Source: Octopus sinensis (Eukaryota). Taken from it: a DNA stretch of 64,000 bases. Shown here piece by piece: positions 50,135-63,010 of the stretch. The stretch lies in assembly GCF_006345805.1 (NCBI RefSeq), contig NC_043005.1, forward strand, positions 98,456,001 through 98,520,000. The letters run 5' to 3'. The notes under the pieces were generated by a model that was not told the DNA's origin, ran no database searches, and saw only the letters and a list, made by a program, of their open reading frames with translations. Position 1 is the stretch's first letter; every line of letters starts with the position of its first letter. The position numbers and the translations under genes are program-made.

Positions 50135-50815
50135 AGTGCCACTCCCAAACAGTTGAAGGAATCTGGGGTATAGGCAGACCCAAGAAGACATGGGATGAGT
50201 TAGTGAAGCATGACCTTTAAACATTGGGCCTCACAGAGGCAATGACAAAAGACTGGGATCTCTGGAGATATGCCGTGACTGTGAAGACCCAGCAAATAAA
50301 GTGACCCAGCAAATAAAGTGACCCAGCAAATAAAGTGAGTTCATGGTTGTATCCTACACCAGTTTCGCATAACCAGCCCCAGCCTATTCAAAAGCACCTT
50401 GGATCATAGGGCGACCTGCTGTGCTTGAGGAGACCTATTGAGTCAAGTACATCAACATCAAAATGAAAATCAAATGGAAAGTGTAGTTGTGATACCTGTG
50501 CTGGTGGTACGTAAAAAGCACCATCTGAACATGGCTGATGCCAGTGCTGCCTTGATTGGCTTCCGTGCCGGTGGCACATAAAAAGCACCAACTGATTGTG
50601 GCCATTGCCAGCCCCCTCTGGCCCCTGTGCCGGTGGCACGTAAAAAGCTCCCACTACACTCACGGATTGGTTGGCATTAGGAAGGGTATCCAGCTGTAGA
50701 AACACTGCCAGATCGGACTGGAGCCTGGTGCAGCCTCCTGGCTTCCCAGACCCCGGTTGAACCATCCAACCCATTCTAGCATGGAAAACTGACGTTAAAC
50801 GATGATGATGATATA
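50135..50815 (+). mobile_element. RTE 3' end (C-terminal codons plus UTR); 17-bp unit x3 at 50286-50336
   Basis: KCHSQTVEGIWGIGRPKKTWDELVKHDL, followed by the UTR subrepeats and a (GAT)n tail. Confidence 0.9.
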
Positions 50816-51289
50816 TATATCGACCATATTCCTAAGTCTCATTTCTATTCCTTAAAAGAAGTTTCCACATTTCAACATACCAGTAGTTGCTTTGTAAAAT
50901 TCATCATTCAACTCAAATGTACTACTAGCCGCTCTGTCAACAATCACACTCATCTGTTCATAAATAATTATAAATGATCAGGTGTGATATTTATGTAGGA
51001 TCAGGTGTGATATTTATGTAGGATCAGTATGACCCTTTATGTTCATAAATGATCATGTGCAATAATAAATCATTATTTGAATAGTCGTTCTGTATATTAG
51101 GGTAATATATCGGGATTGTGCCAAGGTTTGGATGTTTTCATTTAACCTCTGCCATCAGCAGGCAGCATATAGTGCTGTCCTGACATGAGCAACTAGCCTC
51201 AGTAAATTGTGTAGGCTTATGTAACACAATTCTCTTTATGAAAGTGGGACTGCTGAAACAGACTTGAAGGTAATGTGCCAATCACTTAA

Positions 51290-51735
51290 AGTAGAGGGAA
51301 GTTGTGGAAGAGGGAAACTGAAGAAGACATGGGATGAAGTATTAAAAGCCAATCACAAAAACACTGAACTTTACGATGGAGATGACAGAGGGGTGAGATA
51401 TGTGGTGCATTGCTGTACTTGAGAAGACCCACCCAATACAACAGAAGTGAGATCCTAAAACTAAGGTGCCATGTAAAAAGCATTGGTGTGGGTGTTAGTG
51501 CCACATAACAAACGGTGGTGCTGGTGCCATGTAAAAAAACACTGGTGATTGTTCCATGTAAAAAGCACCCAGTACATTCTGTAAAGTGACTGTCCCTAGG
51601 TAGGGCATTCAGCTGTAAAAACCAAGCCAAAACAGACTATGGTATCTGGTATGGCCCCTGGCTTTGCCAGTTCCTGCCGAGCCATCCAACCCATGCCAAC
51701 ATGGAAAATGGATGTTGAATGTTGATGATGATGTT
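51290..51735 (+). mobile_element. Older RTE 3' end
   Basis: LKVEGSCGRGKLKKTWDEVLK; degenerate subrepeats; ccatgccaacatgg tail. Confidence 0.8.
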
Positions 51736-52249
51736 GATGTGGTTAGTGGAGTAGTGTTTATTCTCTTGATGCAAAATGGGTGTCACCAAAATGATATTAG
51801 CAAAGTCAAGTGTTTTTGTAGCTCTTTAAAGACAGAAAGACAAAATTCTACAATATCAAAATGGGTAAATCTACATTTTTATTCATAATTTTGTCAAACC
51901 AAGATCTCCCTGCATTTGTATTACTCCAGCAGGTGAGGCTGGTAGCTTTCTTCATATTGTCATTAATCATTCTAATGATTTTATTTTTTTTGCTAATTTA
52001 AGAGCAGGTTGATAAACTTGATTAAATCTGAAAATAGAAACTGACAAAAAGTTGGAAATATAGGGTCTTTTCTTCTTTTTTGAAGGACAGGGGCTGGGAG
52101 TGAAACTAATTTAATCTACTTGCTTCTGGGATATCATTATAGGAATAGGCTGCTCTACCAAAAATCCTATTACTAGAAAACAGATTAAAAAGTTTTTTCT
52201 GAATTATTAACTAGGCTTTAATATATTCTTTTCTACTCAAGGCACAAGG

Positions 52250-52590
52250 CCCAAAATTTTTGGGGAGAGGGCCAGTCGATTAGATTGACCCTAATATGCA
52301 ACTGGTACTTAATTTATTGGCCCCAAAAGGATGATAGGCAAAGTCAACCTGGGCAGAATTTGAACTCAGAATGTAAAGACAGATGAAATATTGCTAAGCA
52401 TTTCACCCGTCATGCTAACATTTCTTATTTCTTTACTGCCCACAGGGGGCTACACATAGAGGGGACAAACAAGGACAGACAAACAGATTAGGTCAATTAC
52501 ATCGACCCCAGTGTGTAACTGGTACTTAATTTATCGATCCTGAAAGGATGAAAGGCAAAGTCGACCTCGGCGGAATTTGAACTCAGACTC
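52250..52590 (-). mobile_element. Two adjacent or nested SINE family II copies
   Basis: Two ctggtacttaattt..aggcaaagtc.acct..gaatttgaactcaga blocks. The head of the second appears displaced to ~53295-53360 by the RTE insertion. Confidence 0.75.
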
Positions 52591-52594
52591 AGGA

Positions 52595-53295
52595 AAACCT
52601 GGGATGAGGTGGTGAAGCACGACCTTCGAACTTTAGGCCTCACCAAGGCAATGACTAACGACCGAGACCTTTGGAAATATGCTGTGCGTGAGAAGACCCG
52701 GCAGGACAAGTGAGTCCATCCCAGCCAGCCCACTTATGCATGCCTTTCCTCCCTTGGACACACGAAGACCTGTTGAGGCAAGTGAAGTCCAAATCGAACC
52801 TCATCCGACGACAGGCATCCATGCCAACCTCCCTTCATTGGACACTAAACTCTGCTTGTGAAGACCTGTTGGGGCAAGTGAAATTGGAATCGAAATTGAA
52901 CCAATCCTATGACTGGCACCCAGCAGTTGCCAGGGCCGCTGGACTGACTCGTGTGCAGGTGGCAAGTAAAGAAACACCCTGTGCATTGAGTCAAGTATAC
53001 CAACATCAAAAATCAATGGAAACTGCAGTTGTGATCCCTGTGCCGGTGGCACGTAAAAAGCACCAATCCGATCGTGGCCATTGCCAGCCTCGCCTGGCAC
53101 CTGTGCCGGTGGCATGTAAAAAGCACCCACTACACTCACGGATTGGTTGGTGTTAGGAAGGGCATCCAGCTGTAGAAACACTGCCAGATCAGACTGGAGC
53201 CTGGTGCCGCCTTCTGGCTTCCCAGATCCCCGGTCGGACCATCCAACCCATGCTAGCATGGAGAATGGATGTTAAACGATGATGATGATGATGAA
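52595..53295 (+). mobile_element. RTE 3' end with extended 3' UTR
   Basis: RKTWDEVVKHDLRTLGLTKAMTNDRDLWKYAV, then UTR and a (GAT)n tail. Confidence 0.9.
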
Positions 53296-53772
53296 CTTAG
53301 TGGCAGACGAAATACCACTAAGCATTTCGCCCAGTGTGCTAAGGTTTCTGCCAGCTCGCTGTCTTTAGGGTTTGATATATTAAACACAAGTGACACGAGC
53401 CTGTATTTATGTAAACAATCTTTTAATTCAAATGTTCTAGTGAGACATCCATGAAAATATATTTTATTAACTTTGTCTCTATAATGATTTCAAGACAGGA
53501 AGATCTGAATGTTTGGATTATGTCCTTCATTATTCTGTCTAAAGTATTCCCGTTTGCATTTTTAGAGATAGCATTATGTGTAAGCCAAAATTTACAGATA
53601 AAAAGTTTTATATATATAGATATCTAGAACATACACTCCTATGCCGTTGCATTTATCCACACTATCAAGAGAACCCCATGATTATGTCAGGACACATTGC
53701 CCAGGATGACCCTTTGTCAAAAAACTAGTGTCTTCTTAACAATCATTATAACCTATCCTCCTCCTCCTCCTC

Positions 53773-53827
<55 letters not shown>

Positions 53828-55212
53828 ACATCACCAAAAACCACCACCACCACCATCATTATCATCATCATCTTTTACATTTATTTACCATGCTGGATCG
53901 GCTCGGATAGTTTATTGCTAGTCTTCTAGATAGCAAGGAGGTAAGTTTCATTTTTGGCTTGGTTTCTATGTCCAAATACCCTACATAACACCAACTACTT
54001 TACAGAATGGGTGCATTTCATCTATTGCAGACGTATACACATATATATATGTATGTTGGGTGTGTGTGTGTGTAAATGTGTGTCTATTTAGATATGCAAA
54101 CATTTATCACATGTGTGTGTGTGTGTGTGTGTGAGTATAATACTAAATAAATAGTAAATGTACTTTTATCTGTATATCTGTTATATAAAATCCGTTCTGT
54201 ATGTGTGTGTGTGTGTGTGTCTTCTAGGATCTCGGGTATCCTCCATCCGATTGCGCTCAAATTATATATATATATATATATATGTGCATACATACACACA
54301 TACATCTACATTTCAAAGATGGAGCTTTGTATCTTTGTTAGAAACCAGCTCTTTTTTCAGAAAAAGAATTCAAATAACTAAAACCAGAAGAGAACATATG
54401 TATGTGTGTGTGTGAATAGTTATGTATATATTTATGAATATACAGAGTGGTGAACATATTGTCATCTAAATTACGCAAAAATGAATGTAACACTGACATC
54501 TCATTTTAACAGATATATAAGACCATCTTTGGTGATAGTTGTGGTTTTGTTGGTCTCTCGCTCAACTGCACCCCACATATAATGGTGGTGATGATGATGA
54601 TGGTGATGATGCAACACATATGTGCATGCACACACACACAAACACACTCACACACATAGACACACTGACACACATACATAAGCATACACACCTGGTGGTA
54701 CATTTCCAAATATTCTCAGATTTGTAAAAGACATTTCATAGCATATGAACATTTATGCATAGACACAACACCTGAAAATACACACACCTGAATCAACAGA
54801 AATCGTTGTTAATTATATATATTTTCTAAATGTGTTGAAATAATGATAAATCATCAGAGCTATCACTTACAAACTTGTCAGTTTGCATCAGGCTTGAGAT
54901 TACGTTTGGTCCTATTTGACATTATAAATGCTGTGGCTTAAGTTAGAAATTTCCATTGCAGTTGGTTTGTTTCAAAGTTTACTGAACTCTGAGGTATGAA
55001 ATGTATAGATGTCAGGTGTGAGAGAGAGAATGTGTACACACACACACACACACACATATATATATGTGTATCTTAGATCCTGGTAGGGTATAAAGGTAAG
55101 GTATTTCCAGAGAAAGCACTCAAGCCAAGTTCTTGGCTATCAGCACCGTCGGATTCCAGACTAATATATGTATATGTATAAATGATATGTGTGTGTGTGT
55201 GTGTGTATATAT

Positions 55213-55431
55213 ATCTGTAAATATGATATGTGACAATTATTCGGTAGCCATGATAGAACTCGGAGTTTTGGATATCAGGGTGTAAACCCACGCTGCCATC
55301 TCTTCAGTTATCTGGCCATCATCCATGGCCAGATAACTGAAGAGATGACAGCGTGGGTTTCTGCCCCAACATCTGAAACTTGGAGTTTTATTATGGCTAC
55401 CGAATAATTGTCACATATCATATTTACAGAT
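55213..55431. repeat. 219-bp palindrome (107-bp arms, 5-nt loop) of a Penelope-type terminal repeat with a degenerate hammerhead in each arm
   Basis: 55213-55319 matches the reverse complement of 55325-55431. Right arm: ataa-CTGAAGA-gatg..catc-t-GAAA-cttggag-T-T-ttat (55333-55391). Confidence 0.88.
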
Positions 55432-55499
55432 AAATTCCTCTATTTACATAATATCGAGGTCTCTTTCATTCTTTTGTTGTCTTACCATATATATATATA

Positions 55500-56130
55500 T
55501 CTGGTAGGGTTGACTTCCATATTGTTCTAAGACTGTCTGTAGCTGCCCAAGCTATAGCAACATGAGATTTAATATCTTTTTCCGTGGACATGATATTGCT
55601 GCCTAAGTATGTAAACCCATTGACATTCTTCAAGGGCTCCTATTTGATGGTCCTGATTTCACCTGTTGTATTCAGGTGAAGAGTCATTTCTTCAGAACAG
55701 TTGTTGAATCTGTGCTTGTATATGGATCTCTAACTTGGATTCTCGCCAAGAGACTCAGATGCATGCTGGACAGTGCCTACACCAGAATGTTACATGCAGT
55801 GTTCAACATCTCTTGGAGGTAACACCCATCAAAACAACAGTTATATGGGAATGTACCAAATTTCTCACCAACCATCCAAGAGCAGAGATTGAGGTTTGCT
55901 GGTCACTGCTGGAGAAGTAAAGAAGAACAAGTAAGTAATGTGTTGCTGTGGACACAAAATCATGGTTTCACAGCGGCTGGAAGAGCACAGAAGATGTATA
56001 TACAACAGCTTGCAGAAGTTGTTGGATGCCAAATTGAAGACCTAAAAACAGTAATGGAAGATCGGGAGGGATGGAGAGAGGTAGTGAGGCTGGCCCGGGC
56101 AATCAGCCTGACTGGAAGACGCATTGATAA
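55500..56130 (+). pseudogene. RTE-group LINE C-terminal relic
   Basis: FFRTVVESVLVYGS.TW..LDSAYTRML..NISW; RFAGHCWRSKEEQVSNVLLW..HG..YIQQL..MEDREGWR. Confidence 0.85.
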
Positions 56131-56135
56131 AAATA

Positions 56136-56214
<79 letters not shown>

Positions 56215-56278
56215 TATATACATATACACATACATACCGTAGATTCTTACATACATACACACACGTGTGTGTATATTG

Positions 56279-56910
56279 AAGGCATGTGACCTAGTGGGTA
56301 GGGTGTTACACTCATAATTGTGAGATTGTGGTTTCGATTCCCAGACCAAGTAGTGCATTGTGTTCTTGAGCAAAACACATTATTTCATGTTGTTCTGCAA
56401 TCAATTTGGCATCTGACATGAGGCACCTGTACAGAGATGAGGCACATTGAGGCACCTGTACAGACATGAGGCACACTGAGGCACCTGTACAGACATGAGG
56501 CACACTGAGCACCTGTACAGACATGAGGCACACTGAGCACCTGTACAGACATGAGGCACAATGAGCACCTGTACAGACATGAGGCACAATGAGCACCTGT
56601 ACAGACATGAGGCACACTGAGCACCTGTACAGACATGAGGCACACTGAGCACCTGTACAGACATGAGGCACACTGAGGCACCTGTACAGACATGAGGCAC
56701 ACTGAGGCACCTGTACAGACATGAGGCACACTGAGCACCTGTACAGACATGAGGCACACTGAGGCACCTGTACAGACATGAGGCACACTGAGCACCTGTA
56801 CAGACATGAGGCACACTGAGCACCTGTACAGAAAGGGCTGATTTGGTGGAGAGAATGAGTTCATGTACAGCACAAACATCTAATCACAATAAATCACTAT
56901 AAATCACTAT
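56279..56910 (+). mobile_element. SINE family III-like copy expanded by an internal minisatellite
   Basis: Head gcatgtgacctagtgggtagggtg..ggtttcgattcccagacc; (ATAAATCACT)n tail. Confidence 0.7.
56418..56832 (+). repeat. Minisatellite, 28/29-bp unit, 15 copies
   Basis: Unit atgaggcacactga(g)gcacctgtacagac; cacctgtacaga counted 15 times; no spacers. Confidence 0.95.
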
Positions 56911-56991
56911 AAATCATCTTAAAAGATGACAAAAATGTATGTGTATGTATATATATTCTTTTATTCTTTTATTCTTTTATACACACACACT

Positions 56992-57057
<66 letters not shown>

Positions 57058-57074
57058 CACACATATATACAGGT

Positions 57075-57445
57075 GTACCTGTGTGCTAAAAAGTTTGCTT
57101 TCCAACCACACAATTTCAGGTTCAGTCCCACTGTGTGATACTTGTGCAAATGTCTTCTACTATAACCTCCGGCCAACCAAATCCTTGTGACTGGATTCGG
57201 TAGATGGGAACTGAAAGAAACCATTCATGTGTGAGTGTGTGTGTGTATTTCTCCCCTAGTACTCGACAGGGTTGGTGCATCTATGTCACAGTAACTTTGT
57301 GGTTCAGCAAAAGAGACCAATAGAATAAGTACTAGGCTTAAGAAGAAAAGGCAAAATAAACAAGTACAGGGATTGATTTGTCCAACTAAAATTTTTGAGG
57401 TGTTTCCCCAGCATGGCTGCAGTCTTATGACTAAAACGAGTAAAA
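57075..57445 (+). mobile_element. SINE family I (degenerate)
   Basis: ggttcagtcccactg..tgtcttctactata..cagcatggctgcagtc. Confidence 0.8.
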
Positions 57446-58124
57446 AATAGATTATATAGACTGTATACTATATATATATGCATAGCCAAACCACTTGATC
57501 AACCTGTACCAAATCTGTACCTGTCTGGAAATTATGTTGGTCTTTCTGCTTTAAAGGTAAATGATTCTGAAATGCATTTTAATTGTAATAATGAAACAAG
57601 AGGTTTAAAGAAAAACAGTAAAGTTTCTAAATAACAAAAGGTCTTCATATGGATACACACTTATACACTGTAGGATATCTTTCAATTTATACAATAAACT
57701 TTATAGATTTTAAAGTTCAATATTCCTCTGACATAAGTTAGAGATACTGACATGAGTTATTCAAGTAATTGTTCATAGCCCCACTATATGACACTTCTGA
57801 TTTTTTTTTTTTTGCAGTGGTATAATAGTTTCACTTTTCATAACACTGTAGTTTCACTTTTATTCTTACTGTCAGTGTATATGTGTGTGTTTCTTCTATG
57901 CACAGCCAAACCACTAGATCAATCTGTACCAAATTTGGCTGCCTGGAAATTACGTCAATTTTGCTTTTTTGCTTTAAAGGTAAACAATTCTGATAGACAT
58001 AAACATGATATTGAATAATTCTCTGTCATATCTCTACGACCCCACCTCTTTTTTTCAAAGTAAAGATAAACGCCTTTTAATTGTGATAATGAATCAAGAG
58101 GTTTAGTCCTTACTGCCAAAATTC

Positions 58125-58566
58125 ATTTCTCTTGGAAAATACAAAGGTGATGTCTTCATTCCATGGATCCCATTAATCCCATCTGACCTCCCCTATGAAT
58201 TTAAACAGCTCCAGTTCTCAGTTTTGCTATGTCCATAAGCAAATCTCAAGCACAATCTCTCAACGCTGTTGGACTTAACCTTGCTTCTTGTTGCTTCTCT
58301 CATGGGCAATTATATGTAGGATGTTTGCAAGTTGGAAATCCCAAAACTCTTTTTCTTTGTACACCAATTAAAGGACACTGAAAACATTGTATATTTAGAA
58401 GTTCTACAAAATTAAAATTGTGATTGATTTCAGGATTTGTTTTAATAATTTTGTTTATACTCACGTCATCTGATAGAATTTTTCTGAAAATATCCTTTTT
58501 ATCAGAATAAATATATTTATTTCCTTTAACATCCTTTAAACTTCTGAGCAACGTGTACTTAGGCTA

Positions 58567-58567
<1 letters not shown>
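58125..58567 (+). pseudogene. Autonomous Helitron 3' end: PIF1-like helicase C-terminus plus terminus
   Basis: GKYKGDVFIPWIPLIPSDLPYEFKQLQF..AMSISKSQAQSLNAVGLNLASCCFSHGQLYVGC; ends ctgagcaacgtgtacttagg-CTAG|T. Confidence 0.92.
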
Positions 58568-58604
<37 letters not shown>

Positions 58605-59099
58605 CAAACATTAATATTCGTTATGTCCAAGAACAGCAGATTTGAAGAATTTTGAGAAAAATTCAAACTTCTATATCGAGGAATAATTGTCTGTAAGTCT
58701 TCTTGTCTTAATGAATTATACTTCCTTGGTGTAAAAGAGAAACAGGTGGGAATGTTCACAGAAAATACTGCTTGAAAGATGCATTAAAAATGTCTTTACT
58801 CACACACACACAAGTAATTATCACCACCACCACCACCACCACCACCACCACCTTCATCATCATTGTCGTCGTCATCATCATCATCATCATCCTATTTAGA
58901 TCTACTCTTACCTTGCTGGCATGGGTTGAACATATCAACAAGAAAGCAGAAGTTTTGAACTTTTTGAATTTTTTCAGTTTTTACAATTTAAGATTTAGGC
59001 ATCTTTGTTTGCTATCACAGAAGATGTAGATTGTTTAATTGGAATTGTTTTGAAGATAAATATAAAATCATTATAATTGTAGTTTCCACTCTTTTGTAT

Positions 59100-59950
59100 G
59101 CTGACAATTGTATTCTTGTGGCTCACTTAGAACAAAATATTCAGGAAATAATGTAGCTTTTCTGCAGTGTCTTTTTCGCTTTTGAACTAACAATAAGTCT
59201 GAAGAAAACTATGGTGTCATTTGCACCTGTTTCAGGAAAGAGATATGTGAAACCAAATATATTTATCCAAGGCATCCAAATTAGATGTAGTGGATTCTTT
59301 CGTGGAACTTGGTAGCTATGTCCCTAAGGATGGACTTCTAGATTCTGAAATTGAGAAGGCTTTGTTTCTCAATCTAGAATTGAGAAGACTTTGTTAGCAC
59401 TCTAGAGAACTGACTCTGGTAAGATAGGGACTTGAAACTGCCCACCAAGCTTTGCATTTCTGATGCTTGTGTCATAAATACATAGATATCCTTATTTCTT
59501 TGCTGCCCACAAGGGGCTACACACAGAGGGGACAAACAAGGACAGACAAACAGATTAAGTCGATTACATTGACTCCAGTGCATAACTGGTACTTATTTAA
59601 TTGACCCCGAAAGGATGAAAGGCAAAGTCGACCTCGGCGGAATTTGAACTCAGAACGTAAAGACAGACGAAATATCGCTAAGCATTTCACCCAGCTTGCT
59701 AACATTTCTGCCAGCTCACCACCTTCAAATACATGGATATTCATCAGAGACATGGACACTATACTGAAGACACATCACCATATTCAAAAGATTTCAATAG
59801 AAGAATCTAAAGCATATATTTAATGTCTGCTGCAAATCTTTTACACCCGATACAGATATTCTGGAAAAGCTGACTATCTCAACATGGAAGCTCAACTCAT
59901 TGAATACCATATGAGATGAGATAGTAATGTCATCTGTCTTGATGATTTCT
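59100..59950 (+). pseudogene. RTE (BovB-like) RT relic split by SINE II (59492-59724, minus)
   Basis: DNCILVAHLEQNIQ..FELTISLKKT..VVDSFVELGS..LDSEI; after the SINE, SSETWTLY*RHI..RFQ..LKHIFNV. Confidence 0.85.
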
Positions 59951-60109
59951 GGGGTTACTTGATTATCCCTAGAGGTCTTCTTGTATCAGGAGGACCACAC
60001 CCCTATCAACCGTTTTTTCTTGCTTTCTTTTTCTTCCCTTCTTTTTTTTACTGTTGTATACTGTGTATGGTTCCTTTCTTTGTTTTATTGTCTACTGTGT
60101 ATACTTTCT

Positions 60110-60191
60110 AAACATACATACATACACACGCACACACACATACATACATACACACACACATACATACATACATACACACATAAATACATAC

Positions 60192-60243
<52 letters not shown>

Positions 60244-60698
60244 GTTTCTTTTTTTTTATCGTCTCATTATTTGTAAACCCCCACACTTTATCTCTGTCTT
60301 TGTATTGTCTTCCTCATCCTGCCCTGGTGGCAAATAAAAGAAATCATCATCATCATCACATGATAGTTGAAGATAATTACTTTATCATGCTGACAAAGCC
60401 AATCAGCAATGAATTATATTTGAGGTGCAAGTTATTTAACAGCATTTGGTAGGGATGGTATCATGTTGTAAACATCCAATTAGATTTGTGCGCAACAAAC
60501 TGCCAGTGAAGGAAAATGTCAGCTACAAGCAGCAAATTAATAAAAACACATATACACACGCACACGTACATCTACATGTACAGACACAAACACACACACA
60601 CACACAAATATGCATGCATACATATGTATGTGTGTATATGTATATATATATATTTGTGATATATATGTGTGTATGTGTGTTTTTTTGTGTATACATAC

Positions 60699-60741
<43 letters not shown>

Positions 60742-60916
60742 TATATATGTATGTATATGCATATATATATGTTTGTATATATATATATATATATATTTAT
60801 ATTTATACATATGTATGTATATATGTGTGTTTGTGTATATATATATATATATATATATATGTTTAGTATATATGTATGTGTGTATATGTATGTATATGCA
60901 TATATATGTATGTATG

Positions 60917-60992
<76 letters not shown>

Positions 60993-61035
60993 CGTACACA
61001 CATACATAGATATATGTGTGTGTGTGTGTGTGTGC
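60110..61035 (+). repeat. Compound (TA)n/(TG)n/(CATA)n microsatellite field
   Basis: Direct reading; source of the many YI/CV/HT ORFs. Confidence 0.95.
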
Positions 61036-61526
61036 CTAAAGTCATGTAAAATGCTTATATATTTTAACACAAAATGTGTAACCATCACAGGCTACAACCA
61101 AGTTTGAGTTGTTTGAGAAATATCTTTACTTGAAGCAAATTATTGAATGTGAAGAATACAGAAGAGCAATATACAAACATCTGGTAGCTATAACTTTCCA
61201 CCTTCCTTTTTTTAAATCTTCATCATGAGGCCATCACTTGAATCAGGTGCTAACACCTAGTTGTAATCTACTAAAATGTCTCCATTTTGTAAAAATTTTA
61301 ACCTACTATTTAGCTAGTTTTTTCGTCTGTTACAATAAGATATTTCTTAGTAATTCACAGGCCATATATCCCAACGTAGAAGTTGAATATTTCAGACCTA
61401 AACTTACAGCCAAAAGAAAGGTAGATCAATTTCTACACCAAAATGACTTTGGAGTTCTAAAACTTTCATGTGAAAAGCAGCAGAATGTGGAAAGATAGTT
61501 ATGGTGTTTGAATGTTTTACTCTATA

Positions 61527-61688
61527 GGCGTAGGGGTGGCTGTGTGGTAAGTAGCTTGCTTATGAACCACATGGGTCCGGGTTCAGTCCCACTGCGTGGT
61601 GCCTTGGGCAAGTGTCTTCTACTATATCCTCGGGCTGACCAAAGCCTTGTGAGTGGATTTGGTGGACAGAAACTGAAAGAAGCCCGTC

Positions 61689-61756
<68 letters not shown>

Positions 61757-61953
61757 ATATATGTTTGTGTGTCTGTGTTTGTCCCCCCAACATCGCTTGA
61801 CAATCGATGGTAGTGTGTTTATGTCCCCGTAACTTAGCGGTTCAGCAAAAGAGACTTACAAAGAATAAATCCTGGGGGCGATTTGCTTGACTAAAGGCGG
61901 TGCTCCAGCATGGCCACAATCACAAGACTGAAACAAGTAAAAGAGTAAAAGAG
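61527..61953 (+). mobile_element. SINE family I, full length, with long internal (TA)n
   Basis: Homologous to 9754-10135. Confidence 0.9.
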
Positions 61954-62884
61954 CACTAGATGTTTACAGTATATATTATGTCAACTTGTATGCTGGATAA
62001 ATATGGTTTCATAATGTTTTGACGCATTAGTGTGTAAGATGCTCAAATTTATAATTTTTCAACTGAGTTTGAAGTTGTGAATGCTATTGTTTATCAGGTT
62101 TAGCAAGATGAAGCGGTAACATTTTTCTTCTTTTCATTATAGAAGACTGATATTTTTTAGAGGTTGTATGTATCTGCAATTTGCTATCCGTCATAATAAT
62201 GTAAATTCAAGTTATGAAGCAGTAGATCTTTTTAATTCATCATTGTCGTTATTATCGTCGTTGTCGTTGTCCTCCTCTTCCTCCTCCCTCTCTTCCTCCT
62301 GCTCCTCCCTCTCTTCCTCCTGCTCCCTCTCCTCCTCCTCCTTCTCCACCTCCTCCTCCTCCTCCTCCTTCTCATCATCATTATCATCATCACCATCATC
62401 ATTGTTATATTTAAAATAATTGAGAGAAAAACAGCATCTCAAAATAATACAGTAATGAAAGGGTTTGTAGGAGCTGAATCCATTTCTGAGGGTTTATAGA
62501 AGGTACAAACCCACAAACTCTCATTTGTTACATCATTGTTGTTTAACCCCAGGTCAGTCATGATTTCCTAATTAAGCATACATATGATCAACGCCTTGAG
62601 AGTTGTGTCTTTTCTACATCTAGAACAACATTGTCTAATGTGTCCTGCCATTTTAAAGATGTATATGGTTTGTAAGATTTGTATACTTCAGTTATTTCTA
62701 GCAGATCATGTGACCAAGAAGAATCTCCTTCATTGATTCCTCAGCTTCACCCAAGATGCCATCTTCAGTAATGACAGCTCATAAACATAGCATCTTATTT
62801 CTCACTATGAGCGAGTGAGTGTTCTAACTTAAAGTTTGCACACTCATAATCATTGTGTTTTTTTCATTATTATTAAGAGTTTCC

Positions 62885-63010
62885 AAAGTAGCGGGCTGGC
62901 AGAGCAATTAGCACACTGGACAAAAATGCTTTGTAGCATTTTGCCAGTCTTACGTTCTGAGTTCAAATTCTACCAATGTTGATTTTTTTTCTTTCATCCT
63001 TTCGGAGATG
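62885..63010 (+). mobile_element. SINE family II 5' fragment
   Basis: gcgggctggcaga..ttagc..cttacgttctgagttcaaattc..tttcatcctttcgg. Confidence 0.75.

Noticed and set aside
50498-50655. Repeat-spacer pattern in RTE 3' UTRs as a CRISPR array
   Set aside because: Linkers are homologous to each other and the array is part of a LINE tail.
53697-53921. Poly-His/Pro ORF
   Set aside because: (CAT)n/(CCT)n microsatellite in a short closed frame.
56312-56879. Cys-rich repetitive ORFs (metallothionein/keratin-like) and a CRISPR-like look
   Set aside because: Pure head-to-tail 28/29-bp minisatellite with no spacers; the period is not a multiple of 3; eukaryotic context with no cas genes.
60446-61107. 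Long YI/CV/HT-rich ORFs (also at 19-20, 27.8, 33.5, 48.4 and 49.7 kb)
   Set aside because: Translations of (TA)n, (TG)n and (CATA)n microsatellites.
62168-62442. Poly-Glu/Asp and poly-Ser ORFs
   Set aside because: Degenerate (TCC)/(TCA) trinucleotide tract with no splice or domain support.
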